64,000 nucleotides of DNA from Octopus sinensis. Taxonomy: Eukaryota. Each line of letters begins with the position of its first letter. The stretch's first letter is position 1. The notes under the pieces are model-generated. The model was not told where the DNA came from and made no database searches. It was given only the letters and a program-made list of their open reading frames with translations. The translations under genes were made by a program, and so were the position numbers. Below are positions 38,945 to 52,418 of this stretch, piece after piece. Where the stretch lies: the NCBI RefSeq assembly GCF_006345805.1, contig NC_042998.1, forward strand, positions 16,616,001 through 16,680,000, given 5' to 3'.

Positions 38945-40590
38945 TCAAAGACACTATGTCATGCAGATGGTGTGTTCAGACTGATACCGAAACACTGAGA
39001 GCCATTTGATGATACGGTAATCACAGCATTAAGAGGAGAATGAGAAATAAATTATGTAATGTTGAATGTGGTACGCAAATTACCGGTAACTCTAGAAGAC
39101 GTACAACGAAATGCGGTAAAGGACAATTCATAACAAATGAAAAGCATACTGTGATCAGGAAATTAAATAAATATGAACAGGATTTGTGCGTAACAAAACT
39201 AAGATGTGAGCCTATATTCAATTTTGACGGCATATGATATGTGTACAGTGAGTAGTAATACCTGAAACATTGCAAAAGAAAATGTTGAGGGAATTTCATG
39301 TTGGCAATCCTGGTATTTCGCGAATGAAAGCTTTAATGCGTAGAGAAATCGAAAATTTAGTGTATATAATATACTCTAGGAGCAAAATTGTCGGCGATAA
39401 AAAGAAAACCTTGGCCAAAACTAGATGTTTCGCGGTCGAGACTACACATCGACTTTGCTGGCCCCGTCATTTTACTTAGTAGTAATGGATGGTTTCTCTA
39501 AATGGCCAGAAATTTGAAAGTGTAAAAGCCAACCCCAACCTCCTCAACTGCGACAAGTTCTTACGTGAGATGTTAACGAAATTTGGTATCCCAGACACGA
39601 TACTGTCTGACAATGGAACGCAATTTGTATCTTTTGTGTTTTAAGAGTTTAGTAAAACGTTCACTATAGAAAATATAACTATATGCCATACTCTCGCAGA
39701 TCTAACGGACAAGTAGATCGCTTTGTCGAAAGGTTCAAGAGAGCCCTAAATGGTCGAAGAAAGAAGTCACGGATGAGGCAGCTCCACAGCATTTCTTAAG
39801 AGTATTACGTGTGACACCAAATTCAAATACACCAGCAGGCATGTCATCAGCAGAGCTGATATCTGTGAGGAAAATAAAATCAGTCCTCGTCAAATAGCTT
39901 TCTGCCAATAAAGAAATGTTGCAAAGGATAATACAGCAAGATGTTTCAAAATTGTTAAAAGGTATTCGTTAGGACATATGAGAACGGAAAACAAATTTGG
40001 GGAGATGGCGTGATTACCAAATGCGTATGAAAAAAATTGCTATACTTGTTAAAGGGAAATAAAGGGGAATACAAAAGGCACATGAATCAGCTGAAGAAAA
40101 AATGATTCATTGAGACCGAACCCAAGAGAACTGAAGGACTACTGGAATGGTTATATGATACTTTTTGAGTTGCAAAGTCACTACAAATAATTGAAACCAG
40201 ACTCAAAAGCGTAAGAAAACCGAATCAACAGAGTAGCTGGATGTTGATGCCAAACGAAAAGCTATTAAATGTGTAACTGTATGAACAAAAAATAGTAAAA
40301 TCTGGAGGCGGACTGATTAAGAATTATTGCTATTAAACGAAATAAAATTACTCTTCCCAAACCAAAAAGAAAAACAACTTAAAAGAGAAGATGTTATGGG
40401 AATAATAGTAATAAATCAACGCCCTCACACGTGACGTGTGGTATTTGGTAGTTATTATACATACTGTCGGTCAGTGTCAATAGAGAGTACGAATTAGACG
40501 GTCATAGATTAGTCGTGTCATTACTTTTCTAACTAAATATACTACTATACTGGTGTAGGCGTGATAGCAGTCCGACAGAGGATTACAACA
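38945..40590 (+). pseudogene. Gypsy pol relic (RNase H end and integrase), PPT and 3' LTR
   Basis: HADGVFRLIPK, KMLREFHVGNPGISRMKALM, DGFSKWPE, FGIPDTILSDNGTQF and SNGQVDRFV (integrase core); purine tract 40379-40391; TGTTATGGG...ATTACAACA at 40392-40590. Confidence 0.85.
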
Positions 40591-43500
40591 GGAAGCAAAC
40601 GTCATAATACACATTCACGCCCGCTCCTCAGAAACTAGTCAGCGCCTATAAAATTGGCACACTCTGTTTCAAATTGGTATCTGGCACTGATTATGATTCC
40701 TTTCAGTGCAGTTACAAATTAGTCAAGTAACATCTATTAATACTGATATTTTTGAATATTTGATAATCTTAACTGAATTCGGTTTAAAATGTGTATATTA
40801 GAGAAAACTCTCCCATAAAGCTCTGCTGTGGTATTGAACCCGATCCATGCATGTGTACAACAAACATCTTAATAGAAACACATATAGATATTTATATACT
40901 TGTAATCACATTCAGACACCCATACACACAGACACAGAGAAACACACACACACACATACACACAGACACACACATATACATTCGTACGTACATACAGTCA
41001 ATGAGACTGTTAAATTATTATTTATTATCAATATAATTTCCACCCATTTCTTGTAAAACAACCAAAATTAGATAATTTCATTTTCGAAGTAATTTGTAAA
41101 TGCTTCTGGCACTAATAATATTATTGTTACTTTTGTTTTCAATTAAATACATTTCACATGTAAATATTGTTGGTAAAATTAAAATATACAAACAACATGT
41201 GTAAAAAGTGGCTAATTATATAACTTTTGTTGCAATCAATTTCTGATAAATAAAAAAACACCTTCAATTCCGTATCCACCCTAAAATACGTGCTACATTT
41301 CATTTAATATTCTAAAATCTAACAGCGAAAATATTATTTGAAAACTTTATAGAATATTAAAGGAAAAATAAATTAAAATGATATGTTGCAAAATACATAC
41401 AAATTATTACTTTTAAAAATATAAATATATGCATATTTTATGAGATCCATGATTAAATTCAGGAAATGATAACATTTCAGCAAATTCTATATTGCTTTCT
41501 GTTCTACATATCTGGTAATACGGAACGTCGATTCCTATTAATATCCGTACGCTAATGACATAGTCGGTAACTTAGTCTAGGTCACTGTTTTGCTCATGTT
41601 TATGGTAAAACAATACTGTGCCAGTATAATAGCTGTCGTGAACCAATAGGAGGATTTGAATCCGGAGGCTAACGAACAGAGTCACTCTACACATTGTTAT
41701 TGCACCTTCATCTAAATACATTTATTCAATGTCTCCATACGTTTTGCTTTGAAAGTGGGTTGTGATATGTGTTACTAAGTGCAAAATATCTAGGAAATAC
41801 ATAGACTCTCAGTGGTTAGCTTCTGGTGTAGTAGTGTTTTACTATGGCGTTTTCATGGTTATATCACAAAGTCTGCAAAGTTCTTAAGTTGCTGTACATT
41901 TAGTCGTATATCTGCGGGTAGTGTTGATAGAAACAATATGTTTTACATCATGGACAAGGTAGTATGATATGTTGGGTTCTAGTCCATGTAAGTATTAAAA
42001 CATTTCAGTGCTCAATGGTACGTCACGTTCTACAGGATATCGGACCAGAATATTGCAATTTATCAATGAACCTTCATGAATAAACATAAACAGGTGTACT
42101 ACATATAGAGAAAATAAATGAAAGTGAGAATATTGTTCATAAGATTGTTATAGAACGACATGAAAGTATCGTTGAGACGACAACTTAAAAAAGATCATAA
42201 GTTGTTTTTTTTTTAATTTGAGTTGATTTAAAACTATTGAATTCACTGAATATGTTTGCTTTTCCATAATCTTAGATTTTGTCATTGATCAATTTACTTC
42301 GTTTCCAATTTCACTACATTACTCGGGTGAAATGTGTTAGAAGTGAATACCGGTACAGACCTTTCACTCACGCATTGGGCTCATGAGACTCTAACTACAA
42401 CAATGAATTCATCACTTTTAAATTTATATCTATGGATTTTCAAAAGGAGTCGGAGCTAGCACTGCGAGTTGCGATGGTTCCTAAACGAACACGTTCATTT
42501 AAACAAAAAGGTTGAAGATAGAAAATAAAGGTAATCGTTGTATATGCATATTTCAAGAGAAATTGTTCTTTCATCAGTACCATATCTAATCACTCAAATA
42601 TCTAAGAACGAATTACTTAAATAACCACCAAGTTTAGGCCTTTCACACAAATGGATAGGCCAATTTACATAATGACCACATTTCTGGAAACTGGTGCATA
42701 CACATTAACTATTAGCAAGGTCACAGTATTTCGTTTTCAAACCATAACATATATCAAGTATTTTAAAGAATTACAAGTTAGTATTGACTCTTAGTTTTAT
42801 GTTGGCAGTCCAATATTTTGTGTTTTAAGTTTATTTTTATAGATTTTCTGTAGAATCCAGTTTCAGCAGTGGATGTTAAGACGATTCGTATGTGAATACG
42901 TCGATGTAAACAATGTGACGGAAGACAGAAAATTAGATAAGAGTCATTTCCCTTTCAGGAGCACTGCATCCAATCCAGCATGAAGAGCAGCTCCAAACTA
43001 TGTCGAAAATCTAAATAAATAAAATAAAATGTGAGAATATCGCACTGCTAACACAGACATAAAGCACAATAATGTATGTAAATAACATCTAACTTTTTTT
43101 ATAAAAATAAGGATGTAGAACTGCTACCTGACAAAGTCCAAATTAGAGTCATAGGAGGTTTCAACAAAGTAAACGTCATTTCGTATATGAATTTGATAAC
43201 GCTGCAAATGGATATATATAGTGAAAAGAGAGAGAGCTTCCCACAATGCATTCAGGATCACATTGTTACGGCTTCGAACAAAGTACTTCCGGAATTCTTC
43301 ATGAAACCCACAGAGAGATGGGATTATTGTACAGTATTGCAAAACAAGGCAACTGGCCATAATTTCGACCCTAGAATGAGAGGGCTTTGCTCAATGAATG
43401 AGATAGTCATAGGTGAAATTAGAAATTTTGACACTCATGCTCTGGAGTACAAGTTTGGTGTCAATTAGATATACGCTTTTCTGAGCAGACATAGCATACG

Positions 43501-45610
43501 GTGTGGCAGTGTTGTTCTGGGAAGGTTTGGGTTACTAGGTAGGGTTGAATCGGATGAGAAGATCTTAGTTCTTGACACGAACAATAGTTGAGGTGATATC
43601 TACAGATTAGTCTCAACGTCCCGAGATTTGTGAGATAACCAGCATTCTTTAAGTGTCTCAATAAATGTCCTTGAAACACATGACTCATTTTCTTTAGCAT
43701 TTGGCTGGAAAGCCACCTTGGATGCAGCTTTGAATTATGTGTATGTATTTTCCTGATTTGAAAATGTGATGCAGTATAGCAAATACCATAGATATAGAAA
43801 ATAAACAATTCATTTCTTCCCCTCTTTTCCGTTTACAACATAATGTTCCTCTATCTAGTATTATATTTTGCTTTTTTCCAAACCTAGGAAGACATATTCT
43901 CTGTAACCTTACATTTGATAAATTAACACATAAATACAGAAGGATATTAAACGAAAAAATATAATTATTTGTGTCGAGACTTTTAAGCATCAAATACAAT
44001 AGATAATGATAATGCGACCAAATACAATGCATAGATAATATTTTTCTATTATTTTGCTATCATTTAACAGTTTAACTTTACGATAATTTTTTTTCGTCGA
44101 TGTGAGATCAATTCATTCAAACTGTGATCATGAACATCGTCTGTCCACTGTCTCGTGTTCTCTAAGTCGGGACTCTACGGTATTGTTTTAATAACCTTCT
44201 CTTTAGCAACTTGCATATCATTTTAGATGGCAACTCACTTTTTCACCGTTTTAAATTCTCCAAACAGTTGTATCCCCTTTCCTGTAACTAAATTGTTTTC
44301 GAGTAAATGTTATACCATACAAAATATGTTATTTACTCTCAGTGGATTTATTCACTGTCATTGCAGTTAATTCTCCCAAAAGTCACACCTTTTCCTTTTA
44401 TTTCGTTTCTCTTGTACTTCAATGTTAGCTCTTTATATACTCCTACACATTTCTATTGATATTTTCTCGATAAATCATTAAGGTTTATTATCTCCAATTC
44501 CATTGTTTTCTATCCTTTTAGCTCTTATCTGACAAATGTTAATGTCACCTTATTTATTGCAGAAAAAACGTATCACATTTCAAATTTCTGTTTTATTTTC
44601 TTCTTGTTGTATTGTTGATGATATTGATATCCCTGTTAATATCATATCTAATCTCAATCAGTCTGCCTTATGCAATATTTTTGAAAGAAGTGTAACAACC
44701 AAAACCATTCATTTACCGCTTTCAACTATTTGTAACACAATTATTGATAATTTTAATTTATACTTTGCCACTATCCGTAAGTATGTGTTTCCCCTACGAT
44801 TATTTAAGCTCTTCTTCCGCACTTTTACTTCTGTCAATCATCAGTTACGTGTTCTAACCACCATCACCATTTACTTACACCATATTTAAATCACTTCCCA
44901 TCCTTTTCTTTCTTTTTGAAGGTTTGATTTAGTGGCTACACCGTTTTCATTCAGCGACCTAATTTTCTCCCCATAATTTTGTACAGTTCCGTCATCTAGA
45001 ACACTTTCTCTTCATTCATACACTCAATAAATCTCTGCTAATAACTTCTCACTATACCCCACAGTAACATGTCATAACCATCACACAAATCGCCTTATTC
45101 TATTTCTTGGGGGCATATTTTGACTGGAATGCAAGGAGAGGTACAAACATAGATTGACACTCCAATCTAAGACTCTAAGGGGAGGCATTTCACTTCGAAA
45201 TTCCAGTTTATATCACGTTTTCAGTGTTGTTCATTATAGTTGAACTTGTTCTACATTATATTAGTGGGACGTAATTGAATTCGATGTTGCGCGAGAAAAT
45301 GTCTCCGTATAGAATATGAAAATTCCTGACCAAAAGGCAAAAATATTAGCTCCTCCTAAACATGAAATACGAATGCGGAAGTGAAATACAGGCGAATAGT
45401 GTGTTGCTGCTGTGTTGATGAATAACAACAAAACAATATACGATGGAGCTTTGAGACAAAGGGAAAAGAAAAGGAGTTGAAAGAGTAACAGTGTTACTAA
45501 CAGAGGGGTTTCGAAGGAAAGGGATGTATGTTACAATACAGAAAACATTCCGAAAAAAGTACTATACTTACGGATCATTATTGTAGTTGCTGTTGATACT
45601 GTTGTTGTTG

Positions 45611-45647
<37 letters not shown>

Positions 45648-45654
45648 CATAAAT

Positions 45655-45860
45655 GCAGCGAGCTGTCAGACTCCTAAGCAAGTTGGACGAAATGCTTAGC
45701 AGTATTTCGGTTGCACTACGTTCTTAGTTCAAATTCCGCCGAGATCGACTTTCCTATCCTCATTTCAAGGTCGAGAAACTAAGTACCAGTGAAATACTGA
45801 GCTCGATGTGATTGACTAGTCTCCTCCCCAATATTTCTGGCCTTGTGCCTGTAGCAAAAA
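45655..45860 (+). mobile_element. tRNA-derived SINE, family S1 (diverged)
   Basis: gcgagctgtcag...aaatgcttagcagtatttcg...gttcaaattccgccgagatcgacttt matches 720-939. Confidence 0.8.
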
Positions 45861-45882
45861 TAATAATTATTATTATTATTAA

Positions 45883-45913
<31 letters not shown>

Positions 45914-45923
45914 GTTATTGTTG

Positions 45924-45959
<36 letters not shown>

Positions 45960-46009
45960 GTATTAGTAGTAGTAGTAGTAGTAGTAATAGTAGTAGTAAT
46001 AGTAGTAGT

Positions 46010-46055
<46 letters not shown>

Positions 46056-46287
46056 AAGTCAAGTGAATTGTTAGAGGGTTGAACAAAGTGCTTAGGGCCA
46101 TTTCTACCGGCTTCTTACCTTCTGAGTCCAAATTCTACCGATGCCGATTTTTTACCCATTCAGACTTTATAAAATAAGTACCATTTGAGCAATATATCCT
46201 CGATTGCATTAACTTCCTCCGCCTCTTCATATTGTTTAATTTGAATTCTATTTTTTTTTTTTTTTTTGTGCTACAATCAGAAAGTTA

Positions 46288-46500
46288 AAGGCGGCGAGTT
46301 GGTAAAATTTTTGCTGTTCGGGACAAATGATTCGTGGAATGTTTTGCGACCTTTTATGTTCTAAAATCAAGTGCTACTGAGGTCGGCCTTGTCTTTCGTC
46401 TTTCGGGAGCCGATTAAATAAGCACTAGTGGAGCACTGAGGTCGATGTAATCGACTTCCCTTCCCACTTCAAATTGCTGTCCATGTGCCAAAAGTAGAAA
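46288..46500 (+). mobile_element. tRNA-derived SINE, family S1 (diverged)
   Basis: aaggcggcgagttggtaaaa...gtctttcgtctttcgggagccgattaaataagcactag; a more decayed copy appears to lie at about 46060-46240. Confidence 0.7.
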
Positions 46501-47289
46501 GATTGCTATCGTTGCGGTAATAGGTACTTTTATGGTAGTTATTACGATTGCTATTGTTGCTATTTCCATTCTTGTTATTTTAAACTGATGACAGTCTTAT
46601 TACCATCACAGAAATACATGTTATTTTAATCAAAGGCTGGTTTTAAGAAATAAACATTTCAATTGAGAGTCTAATTTTAATTTTTAAGCTATCGTTCGCG
46701 AGAATCGAAAGAACAATTAATTTGCAAAGTCAACAAGTCGAAATCGATTATTCATTTGCTGAATTATTTACACATATGATTAAAACCGCTGCACGTTGAT
46801 CGATGATTTGATTAAATTAAGTCACACTATGTGAGGGCACATGTGAGGGTAATTATCCGGTTTCATGTCAGATACTGTAGACGTACAGAGATGAGAAATG
46901 ATAAACAGAGAACATTTAAACGTATTTCACACTGAATTAGACACTAAATATACGATGCTTTTATTCAACAAGAAAAGCAAAAATACGAAAACGAAACATT
47001 TTAAAATCATTTTACGTGCGTTTACTTACAATCTTCTGTAATATATTCTTCAGGTTCTCAACAGACATTTTCTTAAAAATTAAGTGGAAAATGCGTACAC
47101 TGAAGTTTAAGTTCCTCTACTATAAACGAGATCTGCTTAGAATAAGAGGATAACAATAGATAAAATAGTATTCCATTGCTTTAGTGTAAATGCTTAATCA
47201 TATAATATTCTGAAAGATTTATCACAATGTATTAGCGAAATTTCTTTGCTATCAGTAAATTAAATAAATAAAAGATCAATATATATGGA

Positions 47290-47900
47290 ATGCGCTGCTT
47301 GTGCATGTGCGTGTGTCTTCTTTATTCAGGGCCAAACTGCCGGATCAATCGTACTAAATTTGGCACGAAGGCTTTTCATTACTCGGGAGATGTTCTCGGG
47401 GGTTAAATTTTGACCCTTACCCAATTAGTGGGCTGTAGACACCCCACCGTATACGACCCTACTGATTAAAAACAAATTGCTGCGGGTTCCTAAGTTTTCG
47501 ATGACGGAGATGCCGAATACGTAAAAGAAAAATGTTTTCAACATTTAAAATTACCCCCTCTCCTCAAATTTTAAATTTTTAACTTCTTTTCAATTTTATT
47601 TTTCAGTCTACGTGGAAAGATACGGACATCAAAAATATGGGAAATAAATTAATTTCAAATTCTCTATGAAGAACTCCAAAATTAAACCACACATCCTCAC
47701 CACCTCATCCTGTTGTCCAAAGCTGAAAATGAACTGCTAAAAATAATAGCGAAATATCTGGAAAATTTCTGTGTTTGTGTGTGCCCGCGTAAAACAATTT
47801 CTACAGCTTATGCCAAGAAACAGAGAAAATAAACAGAAATGTTTTCAATACCTGTCATATATGTCGGTTTTGTGAATGGATAAACATTTGGTAAATATTT
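47290..47900. mobile_element. Possible Helitron/Helentron-type non-autonomous terminus
   Basis: (GT)-rich start followed by ggatcaatcgtactaaatttggcacgaag, resembling DINE/HINE-type conserved blocks; recalled similarity only. Confidence 0.3.
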
Positions 47901-48689
47901 CCCATAACACCATATTTGTTAAATACTAAACCCAACTGTAACCCTTATCCATAAAATTGTTTGCAGCAGGGCCGGCGCGAGGCCGCTGCAACCCGTACGA
48001 TAGCAGAGGGCCTCCGAGAACTAGAATAGCTATAATTTGGAACTTAAAATTTGATGTTACAGGCAGATTATGTCATTTTCAGAAGAAAAAGAAATAGTAA
48101 GGTTGCTGAATAACGAACGGTCGTCATACAGACGCACACACGGTGTAAACTCTTATTACATCGATATAATTCATTCATACAGTCGGTCCTTTAGGTAATA
48201 TACGCAGTAGGATATATATTTAATTTTATATGATAAACTTTATAACTTTTAAAGTTCAATATTCCCGTGTCATACGTTACAGATATCGACATGAGTTATT
48301 CAAATAACTGTTCGTGGAATCAACATAATAAAATTAGCACTGGATATTTCATATTTAAATCTGCTGTGACTATTTCTACCTGGGTAGGGATTAGAAAATG
48401 TTATATCTTGATAAACGCTTTGGATATTTTTGGAACAACTCGCCTTATTATCACTTGACATGTCACATCTAAATCCGATGTGAGTATTTATTCTTGGATT
48501 TAGATTAAAAAATATTATATGCTGATAACTTATATTACCTATTTTTAATATTCTTGGAGCAACTCGATATATTGACACTGGATATTTCTATTTTAAATTA
48601 GATGTGATTAATTATACTTGGATAGAGATTAAAAATACTGTATTCTGATAACTAACAGCACATACTAACAGGAAAAGGGGTGCGAAAAA

Positions 48690-49160
48690 TTGATATCGTC
48701 CATCGGTGGAATGTGGAGTTTTGTCCCCTCCAGTCAAACATCTTTAAAGCATACATCAATGTTAGTTTTGTAACTCCATGAAATCCATCAAGTATGTGTA
48801 CAAATACGTGAACAATGGGTCAAACATGGCTGTTTTTGGCCTTCAGGAGGTAAAGGAAAACGAGGAGGTGACATGCTACCAGATGGAACGCTACATTAGC
48901 GGCAACGGAAAAGCTTGGAGACTGTTTAACTTTCCGCTGCGTGAACGGCATCCAACTTTTATCCCTCTAGCTAGTACATTTAGAGAATGGCCAGCGAGTC
49001 TGATTTAATGCAGACAATCTACAACGGATCCAGCAGCAAATTGCAGCATCGGGTTCAACAACGTTGACAGCTTTTTTTTGAGCTTTGTAGCGCAGATCCA
49101 TTTGCTTCCAATCTTTTGCACCAATAAGTCTCTCAATATTACACATGGCAACAGACCACT
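48690..49160 (+). pseudogene. Helitron Rep/Hel fragment
   Basis: IFKAYINV, KSIKYVYKYVNNGSNMAVFG, CYQMERYISGNGKAWRLFNFPLRERHP, HLENGQRV, TTLTAFF and YYTW match the Helitron Rep region; frameshifted. Confidence 0.85.
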
Positions 49161-49194
49161 AAGCAGTGGAAGAGACAGTTCGTAGTTAAGAGAT

Positions 49195-49358
49195 GGAGAA
49201 TTATGTACATTATTTATATTAGTTACATTTGAAGGATATTTGTCTTCATCCTGTTTGTTGTTAACACAATATTTCGGCTGATATATCCTCCAGCCTTCAT
49301 CAGGTGTCTTGGGGAAATTTCTAACTTGGGTTCTTATTCCTAAGATATTTTTCGATGC
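49195..49358 (-). mobile_element. About 160-bp hammerhead-type element (intact core)
   Basis: Homologous to 23907-24060; begins immediately after a TAA-type array on the minus strand. Confidence 0.75.
49263..49308 (-). ncRNA. Minimal type I hammerhead ribozyme fold
   Basis: Minus strand GACAC-CTGATGA-A-GGCTG-gaggatatat-CAGCC-GAA-ATAT-T-GTGTT: loopless palindromic stem III of the dimer-type minimal hammerhead. Confidence 0.8.
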
Positions 49359-49364
49359 TATTAT

Positions 49365-49418
<54 letters not shown>

Positions 49419-49440
49419 TATTATTATTATTATTATTATT

Positions 49441-49540
49441 ATTCAGATCACTGCCTGGAAGCGAACTCGAGCACATGGTGTAGTGGTTAAGAGCGCGGTC
49501 TACTAACACCAAGCTACCGAGTTCGATTCCAAGCAGTGAT

Positions 49541-49546
<6 letters not shown>
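49441..49546 (+). mobile_element. Short tRNA-derived SINE S4 with an inverted copy of its own 3' end at the 5' junction
   Basis: Head 49470-49530 with A box tggtgtagtgg and B box gagttcgattcc; 49441-49469 is the reverse complement of 49518-49546 with 2 mismatches. Confidence 0.75.
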
Positions 49547-49574
<28 letters not shown>

Positions 49575-49944
49575 TATTAATAATAATAATGATAATAGGA
49601 ATAAAACTCATATAAAAGTTCATTGCTTCTTCACAAGTACTACAAAATGGGCAGCGAAACGCTTGCGTAATTTCTCTTTGGGTTTTGTATTTAAAGTAGT
49701 ATTTTTTTTATAATATGCGCTACTTTCGTCGAAAATCTGACGAAAATGGAATATAATAGCACTCAAGAGTATGCCTGAAACAGACAATCCATTCCTATCG
49801 ATATTTTTTTGTGTTCAATCATATATCAGTAATCAGTAGATCCAGATTTTCACACACTTTACAAACACACAGACAGACAAACACATACACATTAGTATGT
49901 GTGTGTGCATGTGTGTACACGCGTGCTTGTATGTGTGTGGTGAA

Positions 49945-49982
<38 letters not shown>

Positions 49983-50399
49983 TTCAGCTGTAAGTCGATA
50001 CAGTTCTTGATGTTAATAATACAAAGTACGGATAAAAGTATGCCCGATGTAAGATAATTAAAAGATCATACTGATATTAATATTGTACACACTAAATTTA
50101 TGATTCAAAATTAACATCGGCCTTATGTTTTTTTTTTTTTACTTTTTATATCACGGAATAATTATTTAAAATTAATCAGACTCCTTCAGCAATTCGGGCT
50201 CAGGTTAAATGTAATTAATTAAAACTCATCTGCTACATAGCGATTTAAAACAAATTATAATGGTTGATGATGTTTAATTTTACGTGTTTTTCGGTGTATT
50301 TTCTATCTAAAAATATTAGTTAATTGATATTTTCTAAAAATGCATTATACTATTTGCAAGCCTATTTTCATTTTTATAAATAAATAAAATTTAAAAACT

Positions 50400-50790
<391 letters not shown>

Positions 50791-52035
50791 GAAATTAAGA
50801 TGGGTTATTTTACTTCTGGCACCTAAAAGATATCTTCTGAGGAAAGAATATAATCTATGCAAGTATAAAAATAATATATGACTTGCCTAAAATAGTTGTT
50901 AAAGATAAGATTCATCATGAATTGATAAAATGCTCTTATAATTAACTGATGTTTGTGCAAATCATCTCGAAATAGAAAATAAAAAAATTAATCATCAATC
51001 GATTGCTATCAGCATCCCTCGTTAAATAGAGATGTCCTCCCCTGATAAACCTGATTAAATATGAGTTTGGAATGGCAGGCTATACACAAAATTCAAGACG
51101 TAACAGCGGTCATTGCATACAATTCGAAGTAATTTGTGTTCGGGGATGAATGAAGTTTATTACTTGCTAGACAATGCCAACTTTATCATTGAAACTTCTA
51201 CGAACATTACAGAAAATATTAAAGAATACATTAACGGTTGTCCCTGATAACTAAATGAATCTCTGCGACGTCTCTCAGTAACGGGAAGGAAATGTCTATG
51301 GTTTCGTTTTTAATTTCAAAATGCTCAACAAACCTAGAAATACGCATAACTGTGAGGAGATGTTATTTCGTATTCATGATGAGTAATCAGTATTTCTTTA
51401 TTTTTAATGATTAGTTTTAATATTTATTTACGTTTAGATGTTTCGAATATAAATAATTACCATTGAAAAAATTCTACGATGATATGAGTTGTATAGGTGA
51501 GTCCTTTTAAAGTTGTATAGGTGAGTTCCTTTTGGGAAGGGACAACGCCAATCTGCAGTTGTTTAAGGGAAAGATACAGAAAACTAATTCCTCTCAAGTC
51601 TTACATTATCGTAATTATAAATCTCTATTATATATATGTTAGTCACTGATAAATCGTTTCAAAATAGGACAGATTGGCCAAGAGAGTGAACTTCAGAGTA
51701 ATGATTAAGAACTAAGAAAGATACATCAATATATTTATTAATAAGAGGATAATTATACGCATCAAGTTATCAATACTATTTTAGTTGTATGCATTAGCAC
51801 ACAAGTATGGGTCTAGTTGTTTCAAGTCGCTCAATAAATGCCTTCATGTTGTTTAATTTCATACTCTTCAAGGAGCTAAGAAATAAAGATTCAAATTCAT
51901 TGGAGGAAAAGACTTCCTATGCTATCATCATATCCAGTTGTAAATGGAGCAAGGAAATATTGATAAGCAATAACCCCTAATGAAAATTTACATACTATTT
52001 TTTTAATATTCATAATACAGCACGAATGATAAATA

Positions 52036-52418
52036 GTGGAAGCACTCCGTCGGTTACGACGATGAGGGTTCCAGTTGATCCGAATCAACGGAACAGCCTG
52101 CTCGTGAAATTAACGTGTAAGTGGCTGAGCACTCCACAGACACGTGCAGCCTTAACGTAGTTCTCGGGGATATTCAGCGTGACACAGAGAGTGAAAAGGC
52201 CGGCCCCTTGAAATACAGGTACAACAGAAACAGGAAGTAAGGGTGAGAGAAAGGTGTGGTGAAAGAGTACAGCAGGGATCACCACTATCCCCTGCCGGAG
52301 ACTCGAGGATCTTTTAGGTGTTTTCGCTCAATAAACACTCACAACGCCCGGTCTGGTAATCGAAACCGCGATCCTATGACCACGAGTCCGCTGCCCTAAC
52401 CACTGGGCTTTGCGCCTC
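52036..52418 (-). mobile_element. Full-length tRNA-derived SINE (family S5) with perfect TSD
   Basis: Minus-strand head ggaggcgcaaagcccagtggttagggcagcggactcgtggtcataggatcgcggtttcgattacc; cacgaatgataaata at both 52021-52035 and 52419-52433. Confidence 0.9.

Noticed and set aside
34847-40590. One Gypsy element from the 34847 LTR/gag to the 40590 LTR
   Set aside because: The two LTR-like sequences are not similar to each other beyond TGTTAT, so they are treated as separate relics.
46580-46630. CTGATGA...GAAA hammerhead-like match
   Set aside because: No stem II and no consistent stem I or stem III pairing.
47967-48030. hAT-like left terminus CAGGGCCGGC
   Set aside because: No matching right terminus or TSD found.
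49470-49535. tRNA gene
   Set aside because: Has A and B boxes but no complete cloverleaf or acceptor stem, and it is repeated with a SINE tail at 20965; it is a SINE head. The same applies to the heads of S1, S2, S3 and S5.
51438-51530. Exon candidate with a tandemly duplicated TAG|GTGAGT donor
   Set aside because: Stops in all frames; explained by a local duplication of about 25 bp.
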